Positions 49,734-62,295 of a DNA stretch of 64,000 bases are shown here, piece by piece. Position 1 is the first letter of the stretch, and each line of letters opens with the position of its first letter. The DNA is taken from assembly GCA_964016885.1 (NCBI GenBank), contig OZ024743.1, positions 212,412,001 through 212,476,000 on the forward strand, read 5' to 3'. This DNA is from Eledone cirrhosa. Its lineage: Eukaryota. A program made the translations under genes and the position numbers. The notes beneath the pieces were generated by a model. The model worked only from the letters and a program-made list of their open reading frames with translations, did no database searches and was not told the DNA's origin.

Positions 49734-50000
49734 TCTATATACATAAATGGCAATTTCTGTCTGTTTGTGAACCTAAAACTCAAAAATTACCAAATCGATC
49801 TTGATGAAACTTGATGTGTGTGGGGCTCATGCCCATTTGATTTCTTACGTATATTTCATTTTAATCAAAGGGTTCCCCGGGGTTCAAAACCCCGCTTAAT
49901 TTTTTCCCTTCGATTTATATGAAATTTAAACCATAGGTAAATGACAAGATATGATGCCTATTCACAAAATTTCAGCAAATTTCAATAATATTAAGACACC
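49734..50000 (+). mobile_element. Helitron-like non-autonomous element, 5' part
   Basis: TCTATATACATAAA..TCTGTCTGTTTGT..AAATCGATCTTGATGAAACTT start resembles 16354; 3' end not resolved. Confidence 0.5.
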
Positions 50001-51085
50001 CTAATGGGGGGTTCTATTTTTTTCCCTTATAGCAACACTCAACTTCTCTGACAAACATTTTTTCGCCTGACCAATGCAACCAACAATATTTGTTTGTATT
50101 ATTGTTTCGTAAATGAATTTGTCTTCGCTTTTCATTATCTGTCCTATATTTTGATTTTTTAGTGAGTTGGGCATAGGGTTATTTACTCCAGTAAATACCA
50201 CTGCATGCCAACCACTAATTTAATTTGAAAGAAGATATAGAACTTTTATGTAATTTTTCTATTTTTTGTTATATTTTATTTTTTTTGATATATTGTTATT
50301 GCCTCCTCCCTATTGAGGACGCCTTGTTTTGTAAACTCCCCCCATTGTACTTGTCCCACTTTTGATGCCCTGGTGGCAAATAAAAGAAACATATCTTACA
50401 ATTACAGGTTAATAAGTTGAGAATAGAAAAAACACTTCTAGAAATTGAGTAGTACCAGAACTGATACAAAATTAAAGGGGTTTAACACATCTGCTATAAG
50501 TAGTTAGTAAAACGTATTCGGCCAATTCTATCTTAAAATTACAGGGATGGAGGAACTGATGCTACAGAGACCCGATGGGCTGCATCGGGGTAGGCGAAAG
50601 GGGAAAAGCAGACGAGGAAGAAAATAGGGGGTGGAAGTCTAGAGAAATTGATTACAATCACTTACGTTTAACATGAAGGAAGATTTTTTAAATAAAAATA
50701 CCAATTTTAATGACAAAACTGCAAACACCACATGCAAATATGATATTTCTTCTCTAGATCCACTCATAATCAGGATATCGAAGCACGAGTCAAACATAAT
50801 AAAAATAAATTTGTCTTCACGTACACTTTATTTTAATACATAAAACAATTAATTCATGGACGCTTTGCTTTTGTCCATTTCACGGTAAAATCAGTCATGA
50901 CTTTTAACAGGCAGGAATACAAATTTGTGCAGACTTTGTTATTGCCACTTTTAGAACGGAATCAGTCATAACCATGATATCAGTCTTCACTCTCACTATC
51001 AGTATTACCTAAGTCAAGGTTTTCATAAACTCTTTCCGTGTCATTTTCACACTGTGTGGTGCACAGGCAAAGGTCGGTGCACTGC

Positions 51086-51768
51086 AGATTCGGATTAAAC
51101 GGTACGCAATCAAACTTTGTGTGAAACTAAACATATTTGCAATCGAAACATTTAATTTTTTAACACAGGCTTATAGAGTTGCCATTCTATCGAGAAGTAG
51201 GTTTTTTAAGTGGCACAAAGTTTTCAAAGAGGGCCAAGAAAATGTTGAAAAAGAACCTCGTTCTGGAAGGCCAACTCATTAACAAATGAACAAAATGTGA
51301 AACGGTGTGAGCGATGATGGCGAAAGATCGCCGATTAAGTGTTAGGATGGTTGCAGAAGAAATGGGCTTGGATATAAATACAATTCATAGAATTTTAACA
51401 GATCATTTGCACATGCGAAAATTTTATGCAATACCAAGGCCCAGACATTTGTCTGTAGAGCAAAAGGCGAACAGATTGGAAATGTGTCAGGATTTGCTAG
51501 AAAAACTGAAAATTGAGCCAAAAAACTTAGATAAAACAATAACAGGAAATGAAACATGGGTGTTCGAGTATGATCCAAAGACAAAATGACAAAGTGAGAA
51601 GTGGCATACGAAAAATTCTCCCCGTCCGAAGAAAGCATGGATGAGCAGATCCATGGTGAAAACGATGACTCATTTTTTCGACAGCCGTGGTATTGTTCAC
51701 AAAGAATTTTACCTCAAGGACAGATAGTCGATCACACCTTCTACAAAGATTTCTTGGAACGACATGAA
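51086..51768 (+). mobile_element. Mariner transposase remnant (truncated, frameshifted)
   Basis: RYAIKLCVKL, FFKWHKVFKEG..EPRSGRP, DRRLSVR, ITGNETWVFEYDP, FFDSRGIVHKEFLPQGQ. Confidence 0.92.
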
Positions 51769-51830
51769 AAAAACGTGTCCACACATACACCCACACCCAC
51801 CCCCAGACACACATACACTCACACACACAC

Positions 51831-51862
<32 letters not shown>

Positions 51863-51879
51863 ATATATGTTTTGCAAAT

Positions 51880-52660
51880 ATATAAAAGGCTTTGTATACC
51901 ACAACAAACAGAGGCACAGTTTAAACAAACAGAGGCACAGTTTACCATAGCTAGAAATAAACTTAGACAGGAAGTAGAACAATATACTAGGAGACAAAAC
52001 AGACCAGTGATTCAACAACCTGTAGAAGGCTTACTTAGCCTCATGCAGCGCATGGGGGATGGTGAGCTAGTGTGTCTACCCACAGACAAATCCGGTAGGA
52101 TGTCAATAGACAACATGCCAAACTACATCAAGTCTATGCAACTCCATATCATCAACACGAGCGAAACAACACCACAGACACATGAAGAAAGAGAAAAGAA
52201 CTTCAATGTTCACATGATGTGGACTGACATCCTAAAACCAAGTAGACGTACAGCCAATAGTTTCCAAACCTCTAACAGTGACATACCATCCTTGTATGGG
52301 CTCCGCAAAGACCATAAAACAATGAACGACCTTATAACAGGACCACCAACAATATTACTAGCAACTACAGGATTTCCTACTTCCTCTCTATGATTATACG
52401 CCCCATAATTAAGATGTTCCCAGATTTATTTGACAGCACAGAGGACCTCCTCATCAGAATCAATGAATGCAACAACAACGAAAACTTAATAAACTACACA
52501 AAGGCAGTATGGATGCAATGTCCCTGTACCCATTCATTGATATTGATTTTGCTGTAGGAAAATGTGTGGAAATAATCAGTGAGAGTGAGGTAGAGTTCTG
52601 TGACGTTGACACTGATGAACTGGGCCTCCTATTTACATATGACAATGAATACTTAAATAC
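51880..52660 (+). mobile_element. Penelope-like retroelement RT remnant
   Basis: PTDKSGR, IPSLYGLRKDHK..GPP, STEDLL, GSMDAMSLYPFID. Confidence 0.75.
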
Positions 52661-52848
52661 TTATGACCTCTATACCCACTCTGCATCTCCCCATATATCG
52701 AGTACTCCCATGATTAGTGGTCTCCTCGGTCTTAGCACTGCAGACACTTTCTCTCTCTATATATATATATTATATATGTGTGTGTGTGTGTATGTACATA
52801 TATATATATGTATATAAAAAATGTGTGTGTGTATGTGTAGATATATAC

Positions 52849-52860
<12 letters not shown>

Positions 52861-52938
<78 letters not shown>
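52861..52938. repeat. (AC)n microsatellite within a TA/TG-rich tract
   Basis: Direct reading. Confidence 0.98.
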
Positions 52939-52942
<4 letters not shown>

Positions 52943-52954
52943 GTGCCCCCATTC

Positions 52955-53068
52955 TGGCATGTTGGTGGAGTACTGATGAGCTCTTCCCATCTTGGAGTTC
53001 TCGCCAGAGTTCATTTACCCTTCGAGAACCCCAGGATGGGGAGAACTCATCAGTATTCAACCAACATA

Positions 53069-53071
<3 letters not shown>
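52955..53071. repeat. Imperfect inverted repeat (arms about 49 bp)
   Basis: TGGCATGTTGGTGGAGTACTGATGAGCTCTTCCCATCTTGGAGTTCTCG vs CGAGAACCCCAGGATGGGGAGAACTCATCAGTATTCAACCAACATACCA. Confidence 0.88.
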
Positions 53072-53135
<64 letters not shown>

Positions 53136-53204
53136 TGTATGTGATTCAGTGAACTATTGGAGGTGGTAATAAAATGAGCCATCTATGTACAGGCAGAGCG
53201 CATA

Positions 53205-53449
53205 TATTAGGAAACGATGAAGTTTCGTTTAAACGTAGTTAGTTTATTGTGTATCGACAATTAAGGTCACCCATAGAAGTTGTGGACCCGGTGTCAATAT
53301 TGATCTGCTCTTCACACTGCTTTTCAGGCTGGTGATTCAACAAAATATATGGGTGACACTGAGCCAAACCCCTGAGAAACGCGCGTAACAGGTCAATACA
53401 CAATTAGAAAAAACTACGTGTTAACGAAACTTCATTGTTTTTCTCAATA
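53205..53449. mobile_element. Tc1/mariner-like MITE
   Basis: About 50-bp imperfect TIRs (AAACGATGAAGTTTCGTTTAAACGTAGTT / AACTACGTGTTAACGAAACTTCATTGTTT) in TA context. Confidence 0.75.
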
Positions 53450-53812
53450 TATATATGTGTGTGTGTATGTGTATACGTATGTGTGTGTGCGTGCGTATGC
53501 GCGTGAGTGTATATATTTGCGTGTTTTAGTCTTCCTAGCTTCCAGAAATCCGATACGTTTGGCCTCTTCAAGGTCTGGTTCGCTCAAGTTATGGATTGGT
53601 TTCGGCTGTGAATGGAAGAAAAGATGAGAATATTATAAGGATATTGGCGCTTGAGAGAAACTAAGGAATAAATAAATAAATAAATACCCCCCCCCCCCCC
53701 GATCACGTATGACCATGGGATTTGCACCTAGAAAGTTTCCCTCCGAGGCACAAGTCCGGGCAAGGCTGTTTGTGGAAGACCGGCAGTGTATGTATGCATG
53801 TATGTGTGTATG

Positions 53813-54827
53813 TAGTGGCGGACTGGCCAGGTTGCCAGGTTGCCCAATGGCAAGTGGGCCCCAAGGGTCCCACGGTAGCATTGCAAGAGCCCACAGTAGC
53901 ATTGCAGGGCCAACTGTAGTATTTTAGCGGCCAATGCTTTGCTTTCAAAAAATACCTGAAATCTAAGAGAAAGAATAAAAAAAGATTTTAAATAAATAAA
54001 ACAATTAAGCAAAGCATTTGGTCAGCCAAGGAGGGGGAGAAATGAGGTGGAACAGAAATGAAACATGGATTGCGGGTTAAAATATAGTCTAGATAGATGA
54101 GAAACAAAACGAGGATGTAGTTTATGGAACACCCAAGTGATTTAGAAGTCGACCTTAAGTAGGAGCAATAACATTAAGAAAGACAGGAACGACACCACGA
54201 GACTTTGTTTTGAAAATTTTGAAAGTAGGTTTATAAGTATGAATTTTCAGTAGATTTTTTTCGTAGTTGTCTCTGTTGCCTAGCGGTAGGTACTAAAGAC
54301 GGTGGAGATCCTGGCCTTGGGTTCAATCCTGGCCAAGAGGTACATGTAACCTTTTTTTCAGTTTTATTTTACAACCAATAGAAAAAACTGAAAAGGTTTA
54401 CCGGGAACCCTACTCCCGACCAGGATCGAACTTCAGACCAGGATCACCACCGTCTATGATTCCTCCCGCTAGGCCACCGAGACAGCTACAAAAGTATAAT
54501 GAAAATTGATAATTATAAACCTACTTTCAAAATCAAAATTAAAAAGATATGGTGTCGTTCATGGCTTTCCTAGAGCTATTGGTAATATTTAGGGTCGATT
54601 TCTGGTCATTATTGAAAGTCTCTGGATTTCGCAAAATACATAATATTTTTTATTGGAGAAGGTAAGATATTTTCTCGCAAAATTTTGATTGCACTGTTTT
54701 GTTTCCACTTATGTATTTTTCGAAAATGCTATTTATTCATTACAAAAATTAAATGATAGCATTCTATATGCTAGTTGGGCCCCTTCATCTCCTGGCAACC
54801 AATATTTTTAGACCCAGTCCGCCACTG
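53813..54827. mobile_element. Non-autonomous hAT element (about 1015 bp) carrying an internal fold-back
   Basis: TIRs TAGTGGCGGACTGG / CCAGTCCGCCACTG; TSD TGTGTATG/TATGTATG (7 of 8). Confidence 0.85.
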
Positions 54828-54871
54828 TATGTATGTATTTATGTATGTTCTGGTTTCATTATTTTCTAATA

Positions 54872-55054
54872 GGCGGTGGATTGGCAGTATCGGTAGAGGG
54901 TCGGACGCCATGCTTTCCAGCATAGTTACGTCCTTTTCTATCTGAGTTCAAATCCCGCCGAGGTTGACTTTGCTTTTCATCCTTACGGGGTCGATAAAAT
55001 AAAGTACCAGTAATGCACTGGGTAATTGCTGGACTTGTGCCTAACGTAGAAACA
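54872..55054 (+). mobile_element. SINE family A, full length
   Basis: A-box-like TGGCAGTATCGG, B box GAGTTCAAATCCC, 13-bp TSD ATTATTTTCTAAT. Confidence 0.92.
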
Positions 55055-55864
55055 ATTATTTTCTAATGTTTTACCAATAGAGAGAGCTGTATTTTAACAT
55101 AGACATAAGACTCTTCCATTGGAATTTAGACATCAACTAGGCAAATATGTAACTGTCTGCTTGCGCGCGCACATGTGTGTGCAGGTATGGATGTTATTGT
55201 ATGAATGTGGATCTGTATGTTTTGTGTTATATGTGCACACGTGCATATGTTTTTTATCTATACATGTGTATATGCAGTTATTACATGAATTTCTGTATTA
55301 TGCTATCCTGTATGTACGTAAGTTTGTATGTGTGTATGTATATATATATATATATAATGTAAATTACAGTCATCTCCGATATTGAGAAATCTTCTTTCCG
55401 TTCGTTACCACCAACGTATTTATTAATATGTATAATTTTGATAACCTATGTAGGATTCAGTTAGTATTTGCCTAGGTGTAAGTGGTTTATCTGGTATTTC
55501 TTGAAAGAATTTTTCCGTGTGCCGTTTGAAGGCTTCGGGAAATTTTGCTTCCTGGTTTTATTTTCATGTGATGTTGAAGGGAGAAGGGTCAGTTGGTGTG
55601 AAATAATATTGTTATGTTATGCGAGCTCGAATTATATTTTTAAAATCGCTGCCAGAGTCACATGGGAGATATTGAACGAAATATTTTTCACATCGTACAT
55701 TTGATGTCGCACTCACAGTGCCGTTGGAGACAATAGAGTTTGAGATTTCCAAGCTAATCCTAGTAATCAATGTTTGACATGCTATTTATCTTATTTTGTT
55801 ATATATATTGTTGTAATTGACCTCTGGGATGTTTCAATGTTCATAATACATTGTTTCATACGGG

Positions 55865-57552
55865 GGAGGCTTCAGCGGGCAGGTGTATGGAGTGTATGGT
55901 GTGAGCTAAATGGGAAGAGGTGAAGTCGAGGTAAGATTGGGAGTCTGTTGGTTTAATGAAGATAGAAGTAGAGAGGGTGTGGTGAGAGTGATTAATAGAT
56001 AGAGAGATATCTAGAAAAGCGACAGAAGAATCAGAGACGGAGGCGGTGAAATTGAGAGAAGGATGGAAAGCCGGCACGTACCCGTCTGGACAAAAGAAAG
56101 AAAACAGTCGAGCTGTTCTCATGATAGAGAGGTGGCGCCGATACAGTCGTCGATATAACGACCGTATAGCTCAGGAGTCGGTCCAGCGTACTGGGAGAAG
56201 ATCTGGGCTTCGACGTAGCCAACAAACAAGTTGGCATAGTTTAGACCCATTCTGGTTCCCATCGCTACCCCAGAGACCTGCTGATAAAATTCACCCGAAA
56301 AAGAAAATCCATTGAGAGTGAAAACAAGCTCAGCCAGACGGAGAAAAGTGGTAGTGCTGGGGTAAGGCTTAGAGCGTAAATCTAAAAAATGTTGGAGAGC
56401 GCAGAAGCTGTCATGATGAGGGATGACGGTATAGAGAGAGGTTATGTCCAAGGTAAAGAGAAGGCGAGAAGGACTAGGAGGGAAGGAGAAAAGTTGAAGA
56501 GTCTAAGGGCATGATTTGTATCGTGGATGTGGGAGGGGAGATTGCCGACCAACGGGGCGAGGATGGTGTCTAAATATTCAGAAATTATCCCGGTGGAGCA
56601 GTTGCACGCAGAAACGATAGGACGGCCGGGATTATTTTGTTTGTGTATTTTGAGGAGGAAGTAGATGGTGAGTGTGCGAGGGGTGCGTACATTAAGGTTG
56701 GTGGCTGTGAGGGGTAGGGGAGAGGAGGAGATGAGCTCGTGGGTGGTGGTGGACACGAGTTGTTGGTAGCCAGGAGTGGGGTCGGATGATAAAGGGCGGT
56801 AAAAAAGGGTATTGTGATGCTGGCGGAGAACCTCAGCCATATAGAGGTCAGCGCTACAAACCACCACAGCGCCACCTTTGTCAACGGGTTTGATGACAAT
56901 GTTATCGCGACGCTGAAGGTTGCGAAGAGCAGAAAGCTCGGTTCGCGTGATGTTAGAGCGACGAGAATGCTGGTGGAAACAGAACCGATTCACAGTACGC
57001 CGGCAAGTATCGACAAAGGAGTCGAGGGTACTGAATTGGCCAGAGTTCGGCGTCCAATGTGATTGCCGGCGACTGAGACGAATGAAGTCATCCGTCTGTG
57101 TCGATGATGGCGTGTCGTGAAAAAAAGCTTTCAACTTAAATCGACGAAGAACCCTTCAATCTCGGCACGTGTGCGGAACTCGTGGAGGGAGCGCTCAGCT
57201 TCGGAGAGTGGTAGGTCCTGGGGTATGGTGACTACAGTGCAAGGACGTGAAGGAGTGAAAGAGGCGGAGCCACAGGAGTCAAGGTGGTTGGGCAAAGCGT
57301 GTGCAGATTGAGTGGTGGGGAGAGGAAAGGGGGTGGTTGGTGACGGGATAAAGGGGTTAGGGTTGGAGGTGATATGAGTATGGGAGGTGACGGCGGGCGG
57401 GGAGCGAAGAGCGTCGAGTTTGTGTTTTTTATGGAAGTGAGGAAATTGAAAAGGAGGCGATTGAAGTAAAGGATCAATTGGATAAGGGATTGGGAGAGGA
57501 AAGGGTGGTAAGTGGAGGAGAGATGGAAGTAAGCCTTGGGGAGACCTCGGTC
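55865..57552 (-). mobile_element. Penelope-like retroelement (RT region, frameshifted)
   Basis: IVIKPVDKGGAVVV, KIHKQNNPGRPIVS, MDITSLYTVIP, GVAMGTRMG..YANLFVG, YGRYIDD, FLDISL, IKPTDSQSYLDFTSSH. Confidence 0.94.
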
Positions 57553-57555
57553 GAG

Positions 57556-58550
57556 ATACATACATACATACATACATACATACATACATACATACATACA
57601 TAGGTGGCTGCCAACTCGTTTTCGAGTACGGCCACTACTTTATATCCATGTAGGAGAACTCCTACCGATGCGCTGAACGAGTGTGACTTTTTAGTCCAGC
57701 CAGCGACTTGAAAACTCTGGTACTAACACTACACCTGTGACAATTATTGACACATAGTGCTGGGCCCATGGACGACAAGTGCAGAGAGATCTCCAGATAT
57801 AAAGCAATGCCTGTGCCATGAAGCTTTTATAGTGAGCAAAGGCACTGCACAAAGCCAGTCCCACTCTCTTAACCAAGATGATATTTACCAAAAAGAAGAA
57901 CAAGTCAACATCATTGGATACCATCAGGGTTGCAGGTGTTATATCAGAGTTTTCCTTCTCCTAGAATTCTGCCTTGACAAAGGCTAAGGAGTCATCTCTC
58001 CCGGAATACATACATACATACAAACATGCATACATACATACATACATACATACATACATACATACATACATACATACATACATACATACAAGCATGCATG
58101 CATGCATACATATATACAAACATGCATACATACATACATACATACATGGTGGCTGCAAACTCGTTTTCGAGTACGGCCACTACTTTATATCCATGTAAGA
58201 GAACCCCTACCGATACGCTGAACGAGTGTGACGTTTTAGTCCAGCCAGCGACTTGAAAACTCTGGTACAAACACTACACTTGTGACAATTATTGACACAT
58301 AGTGCTGGGCTCATGTTACCATATGACGACAAGTGCAGAGAGATCTCCAGATATAAAGCAATGCCTGTGCCGTGAAGCTTTTATAGTGAGCAAAGGCACT
58401 ACACAAAGCCAGTCCCACTCTCTTAACCAAGATGATATTTACCAAAAAGAAGAACAAGTCAACATCATTGGATACCATCAAGGTTGCAGGTGTTATATCA
58501 GAGTTTTCCTTCTCCTAGAATTCTGACAAAAGCTAAGGGGTCATCTCTCC
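57556..58550 (-). mobile_element. Two tandem units (57602..58005, 58147..58550), each an RTE-like 3' end with C2H2 finger, stem-loop and (TATG)n tail
   Basis: Minus-strand CSV(C/S)TRVFKSLAGLK(S/R)HTRSA(H/Y)R*; near-identical units preceded on + by (CATA)n arrays at 57556..57601 and 58006..58146. Confidence 0.75.
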
Positions 58551-58787
58551 TGGTGATTTTGGATGGCCATTGACTCTTAAGAGCTCCTTTGGACTTTGAC
58601 GGGGTTTTTTTTTTGTCCTGCAGGATGTCCAAAGTCACCCTCCTCACCAAGAAACCTTGGTGGGGTTGCCAGTTTATTCGCCAACGACCCGACCATGAGA
58701 CAGGTTGTACTGGGATACATGTTACCAGTAGCACCAACTGGTGACCTGACATACATACATACATTCATACATACATACATACATACA

Positions 58788-58816
<29 letters not shown>

Positions 58817-58818
<2 letters not shown>

Positions 58819-59600
58819 CCAACGGGCCTGGTGGTAAGCTCCTGGGACCGAGAAAATGAACTGGGAACATGGCCAACTTCCAATATGGTCTTCTCGGGGA
58901 TGACCTCCAGAAAGCATACAGTCAGTAGATATTCAACCATCCCCTCCCTGGTTTGCTTGTAAAAATCTTCCACGAGTTCATCATCGTCCAGGATAGTTTG
59001 ATGAGACTTATCTATTGAGACCCAACGATCCTGGAACCTTTTGAACAGTGGGATACCGGGACCAGATGATGAGCAAAAGATCTCAGACTTTCTTCAAAAC
59101 CAGTTCAAGAATGTGATAGTGGTAAGCCAGCCACAAAAGGTATTTTGTCAGAGCTGCTTCAATTTTCGTATTGGCTCCTTGGTGCATGCTGGTGTTACTG
59201 ACGGTTGTGTTGAAGGACATACCAATTATTCTATCCTCAATTTTAAGTCGTTGAATTTCCTTCAAAACGATTTCAGCGACTTGTTGTCCGGTTCCATCTG
59301 TAAGAGCTCCCTCTTTCCTTTTTCTGTAATTAAGACTGCAATCCAATCTTCGTGAGTGCTGGATCGGAAAGCCGATGGTAATAATTTTCCATCCCAGTAA
59401 GGACTAGCCAGTGTCTGTCTTCTTGACTTTTCTTTTTTCACTCCTTATATTTGTTTGTTTTTTTCTGCTTTGGTAGGGATATTTGTTTTTCCTCACACTA
59501 CTTAGATCTTCTGGCAAGTGCTTTTTACGGCAACTGAAATTTTGTCCCCGAGTTTCACGTGATGGTAGAGAAAACACAAGAGCACTTCTCATGATGTTGG
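58817..59600 (-). mobile_element. hAT-superfamily (hATm-like) transposase remnant
   Basis: YWDGKLLP, DGTG, MSFNTTVSNT..GA, LLWLAYHYHILELVL, SGPGIPLFKRFQ; possible TAGGGTG-type terminus near 60033. Confidence 0.75.
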
Positions 59601-59881
59601 TGGTTTGGGTGATGATAGTGATGTAGTTGTGATGGCGATGGTGATGTAGGTGATGGTGGTGTTGGTGTAGGGAAACCTAGCTACGATCAACAAATACTGA
59701 AGAAAGTTTTTTTTTTAAATTTTGGTATAGCATTCAAAGAGCACCAAACTGTACAACCCTTAAATATATCCGTATCTTCTCGGTTTTTCACCTGTAGCTT
59801 TTATGTAAAATGGATTCAGGGTGCAATCGACACGAGGTGATTCCAACAAAAATGTTTTCCCTATAAATATGAAACAGCCTA

Positions 59882-59897
<16 letters not shown>

Positions 59898-59973
<76 letters not shown>
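59898..59973. repeat. (TG)n microsatellite
   Basis: Direct reading. Confidence 0.98.
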
Positions 59974-59978
<5 letters not shown>

Positions 59979-60148
59979 CGTTTGTGTACACGTAATTAAT
60001 CAATCAGTTCACAAATCCTCATCAAACACCCTAAATTGAACGCCAACCTGTACTCATGACTCATGTTAAACCAAACCATACTCACCCTCCAAATTCGGCA
60101 AATCAAACGCGGACGATCCATCTTCTCAAACTAGGCTTACGTAACCGG

Positions 60149-60247
60149 TAGGGCCGGATTTAATGGGGAGTGGGGAAAAGGGGGGTGTATGAGGGTGCCC
60201 CTTATCCTGAAGTGCCCCGAGCCCCTCGAGGTCTAAATCCAACCCTG
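60149..60247. mobile_element. 99-bp hAT mini-MITE
   Basis: TIRs TAGGGCCGGATTTA / TAAATCCAACCCTG; perfect 8-bp TSD GTAACCGG. Confidence 0.9.
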
Positions 60248-60866
60248 GTAACCGGACAGTATATAGATTAATAAGACCAAGAAATGTATCCTACCTGAAT
60301 AGTGTTCACCAGCAAAACAGCAGAGAGTAAAAATATCAATGACAGCATTATATAACATCGGGTCTGAAGAGTACGATAAATGACCTAACAGTGTAGAACT
60401 GACGATGTGTCAGTTACTTAAACAGAAATATACCGATCTGGAGGATGTAGCGTTTTTATAGGCTAAAACATGCCTTCTGTCATGTAAGATAATCATATTG
60501 TTTATCTAGACCCTTCCAATTATATTTTTGTTATCAATTTTCGTTAAATGACATCATTATATAACATAATATAGAATGTCGCAGGAGTGCCTGTCATTTC
60601 ATGTTTCATTGTATTAGTTGCGTGCATCGTAATTTCTTTAGAATTGTTTTGTATTTCAGTGTATTTTAACTGTAAAATGTATTTAGATACGTATTTGTAA
60701 AATTGGGCGGGGTTTACTTTGTTTTACATTATTTTCAAATAATTAATCAGAGTTAGGACTTGTTGCAAACAAAAGGACACTGTATATATATATATATATA
60801 TAAGAAGTTGACGGACCTAGAATAGGTATCACTGCTAGGACTGGTTGCATCTCAGCGTACTCGATA

Positions 60867-61283
60867 TGTAATGTGAATTACACTCCCAGAGCATACACAT
60901 AGTTATTCGCTTCAATACAACACACGTAAAAGGGTAACTATAGTAGTTCCGGAACTCGAGTTTCGGCCACACTTAATGCAGCAGTAAGGTGCACTGCGCC
61001 CTCTGGCCGCATATATTATACAACAATGCATAATCGGCGCATGTGTCTTCATCAGTGGGTTTCGCCTAATCAATAACCAATCGATCGACAGAATTCGACT
61101 CCAGTCCGTGCCGGCTATGACTGCTGGTGACGGCCAAAACAGTAAAGTGATTAGCAACTGGGATCTGATACAATGCTGTCCCCCAACCGGCCACCGATTT
61201 ATATATTTACGTGATGGCAGGAGATTAGAAATCAAATAGTTCTGCTCCCGTGATAAGCTCTCAGCCAAACGTGTCTCAATCAC
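60867..61283 (-). mobile_element. Possible solo LTR
   Basis: TGT...ACA ends, TATATAAA box and raised GC content; no TSD found. Confidence 0.3.
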
Positions 61284-61345
61284 AAATTAATAAGTTAGTG
61301 AAAAATTGGTTATTAGAAAAAGCAGTCTCATATATATATACACAT

Positions 61346-61422
<77 letters not shown>

Positions 61423-61429
<7 letters not shown>

Positions 61430-62251
61430 GTGGATGAATACCTCAACAGGTACAATGTACTTGTAGAAATATTCAAGTTGTTTATAATACCTGTGGTTCA
61501 ATGGTACTAATTCGAGATGCCAGAACAATATAAAAAGTAGCGAAGCAAGCGGTTATTAAATAATTATCTAAATAAATAAAAAAAACGATTTAAATAATCA
61601 CCTGTTCCATTGCTGTTACCGACGGTTTCATCATTCCAAAAGATTGGAAATCCAGAGAATTTCCAATGGAAAGAAATGAATCTTCAGACAGCCTATTTAC
61701 ACGCCATAAGGTTGCAAGCCCCATAGCAAGTAAATATTTTGCTCCCTGCCTAACGCTTGCGGTCAAGCCGTTAAAATGACACACACGCAAAATCAGGTCG
61801 CTGATAATAGCTGTATATTATAAACATGTTGATATTGCCACTAAAATTAGCAGCATTATTCAACGTTTTGTTCTCTACATAAGGAGAAAAATTATAGAAG
61901 TGGATGAATACCTCAACAGGTACAATGTACTTGTAGAAATATTCAAGTTGTTTATAATACCTGTGGTTCAATGGTACTAATTCGAGATGCCAGAACAATA
62001 TAAAAAGTAGCGAAGCAAGCGGTTATTAAATAATTATCTAAATAAATAAAAAAAACGATTTAAATAATCACCTGTTCCATTGCTGTTACCGACGGTTTCA
62101 TCATTCCAAAAGATTGGAAATCCAGAGAATTTCCAATGGAAAGAAATGAATCTTCAGACAGCCTATTTACACGCCATAAGGTTGCAAGCCCCATAGCAAG
62201 TAAATATTTTGCTTCCTGCCTAACGCATGCGGTCAAGCTGCTAAAATGACA
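61423..62251 (+). repeat. Direct repeat of about 359 bp with 470-bp period (61423..61781, 61893..62251)
   Basis: Nearly identical sequence with a few substitutions at the 3' end. Confidence 0.96.
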
Positions 62252-62295
62252 AACCGCTTGCTTCGCTACTTTTTATATTGTTCTGGCATCTGGCA

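Noticed and set aside
51764-52393. 209-aa ORF as a host gene
   Set aside because: Microsatellite-derived N-terminus joined to a Penelope-like RT remnant.
52717-53152. ORFs rich in YI/HT/CV/MYVC repeats (also 16822..17247, 57961..58270, 61250..61528, 62637..63188)
   Set aside because: Translations of microsatellites.
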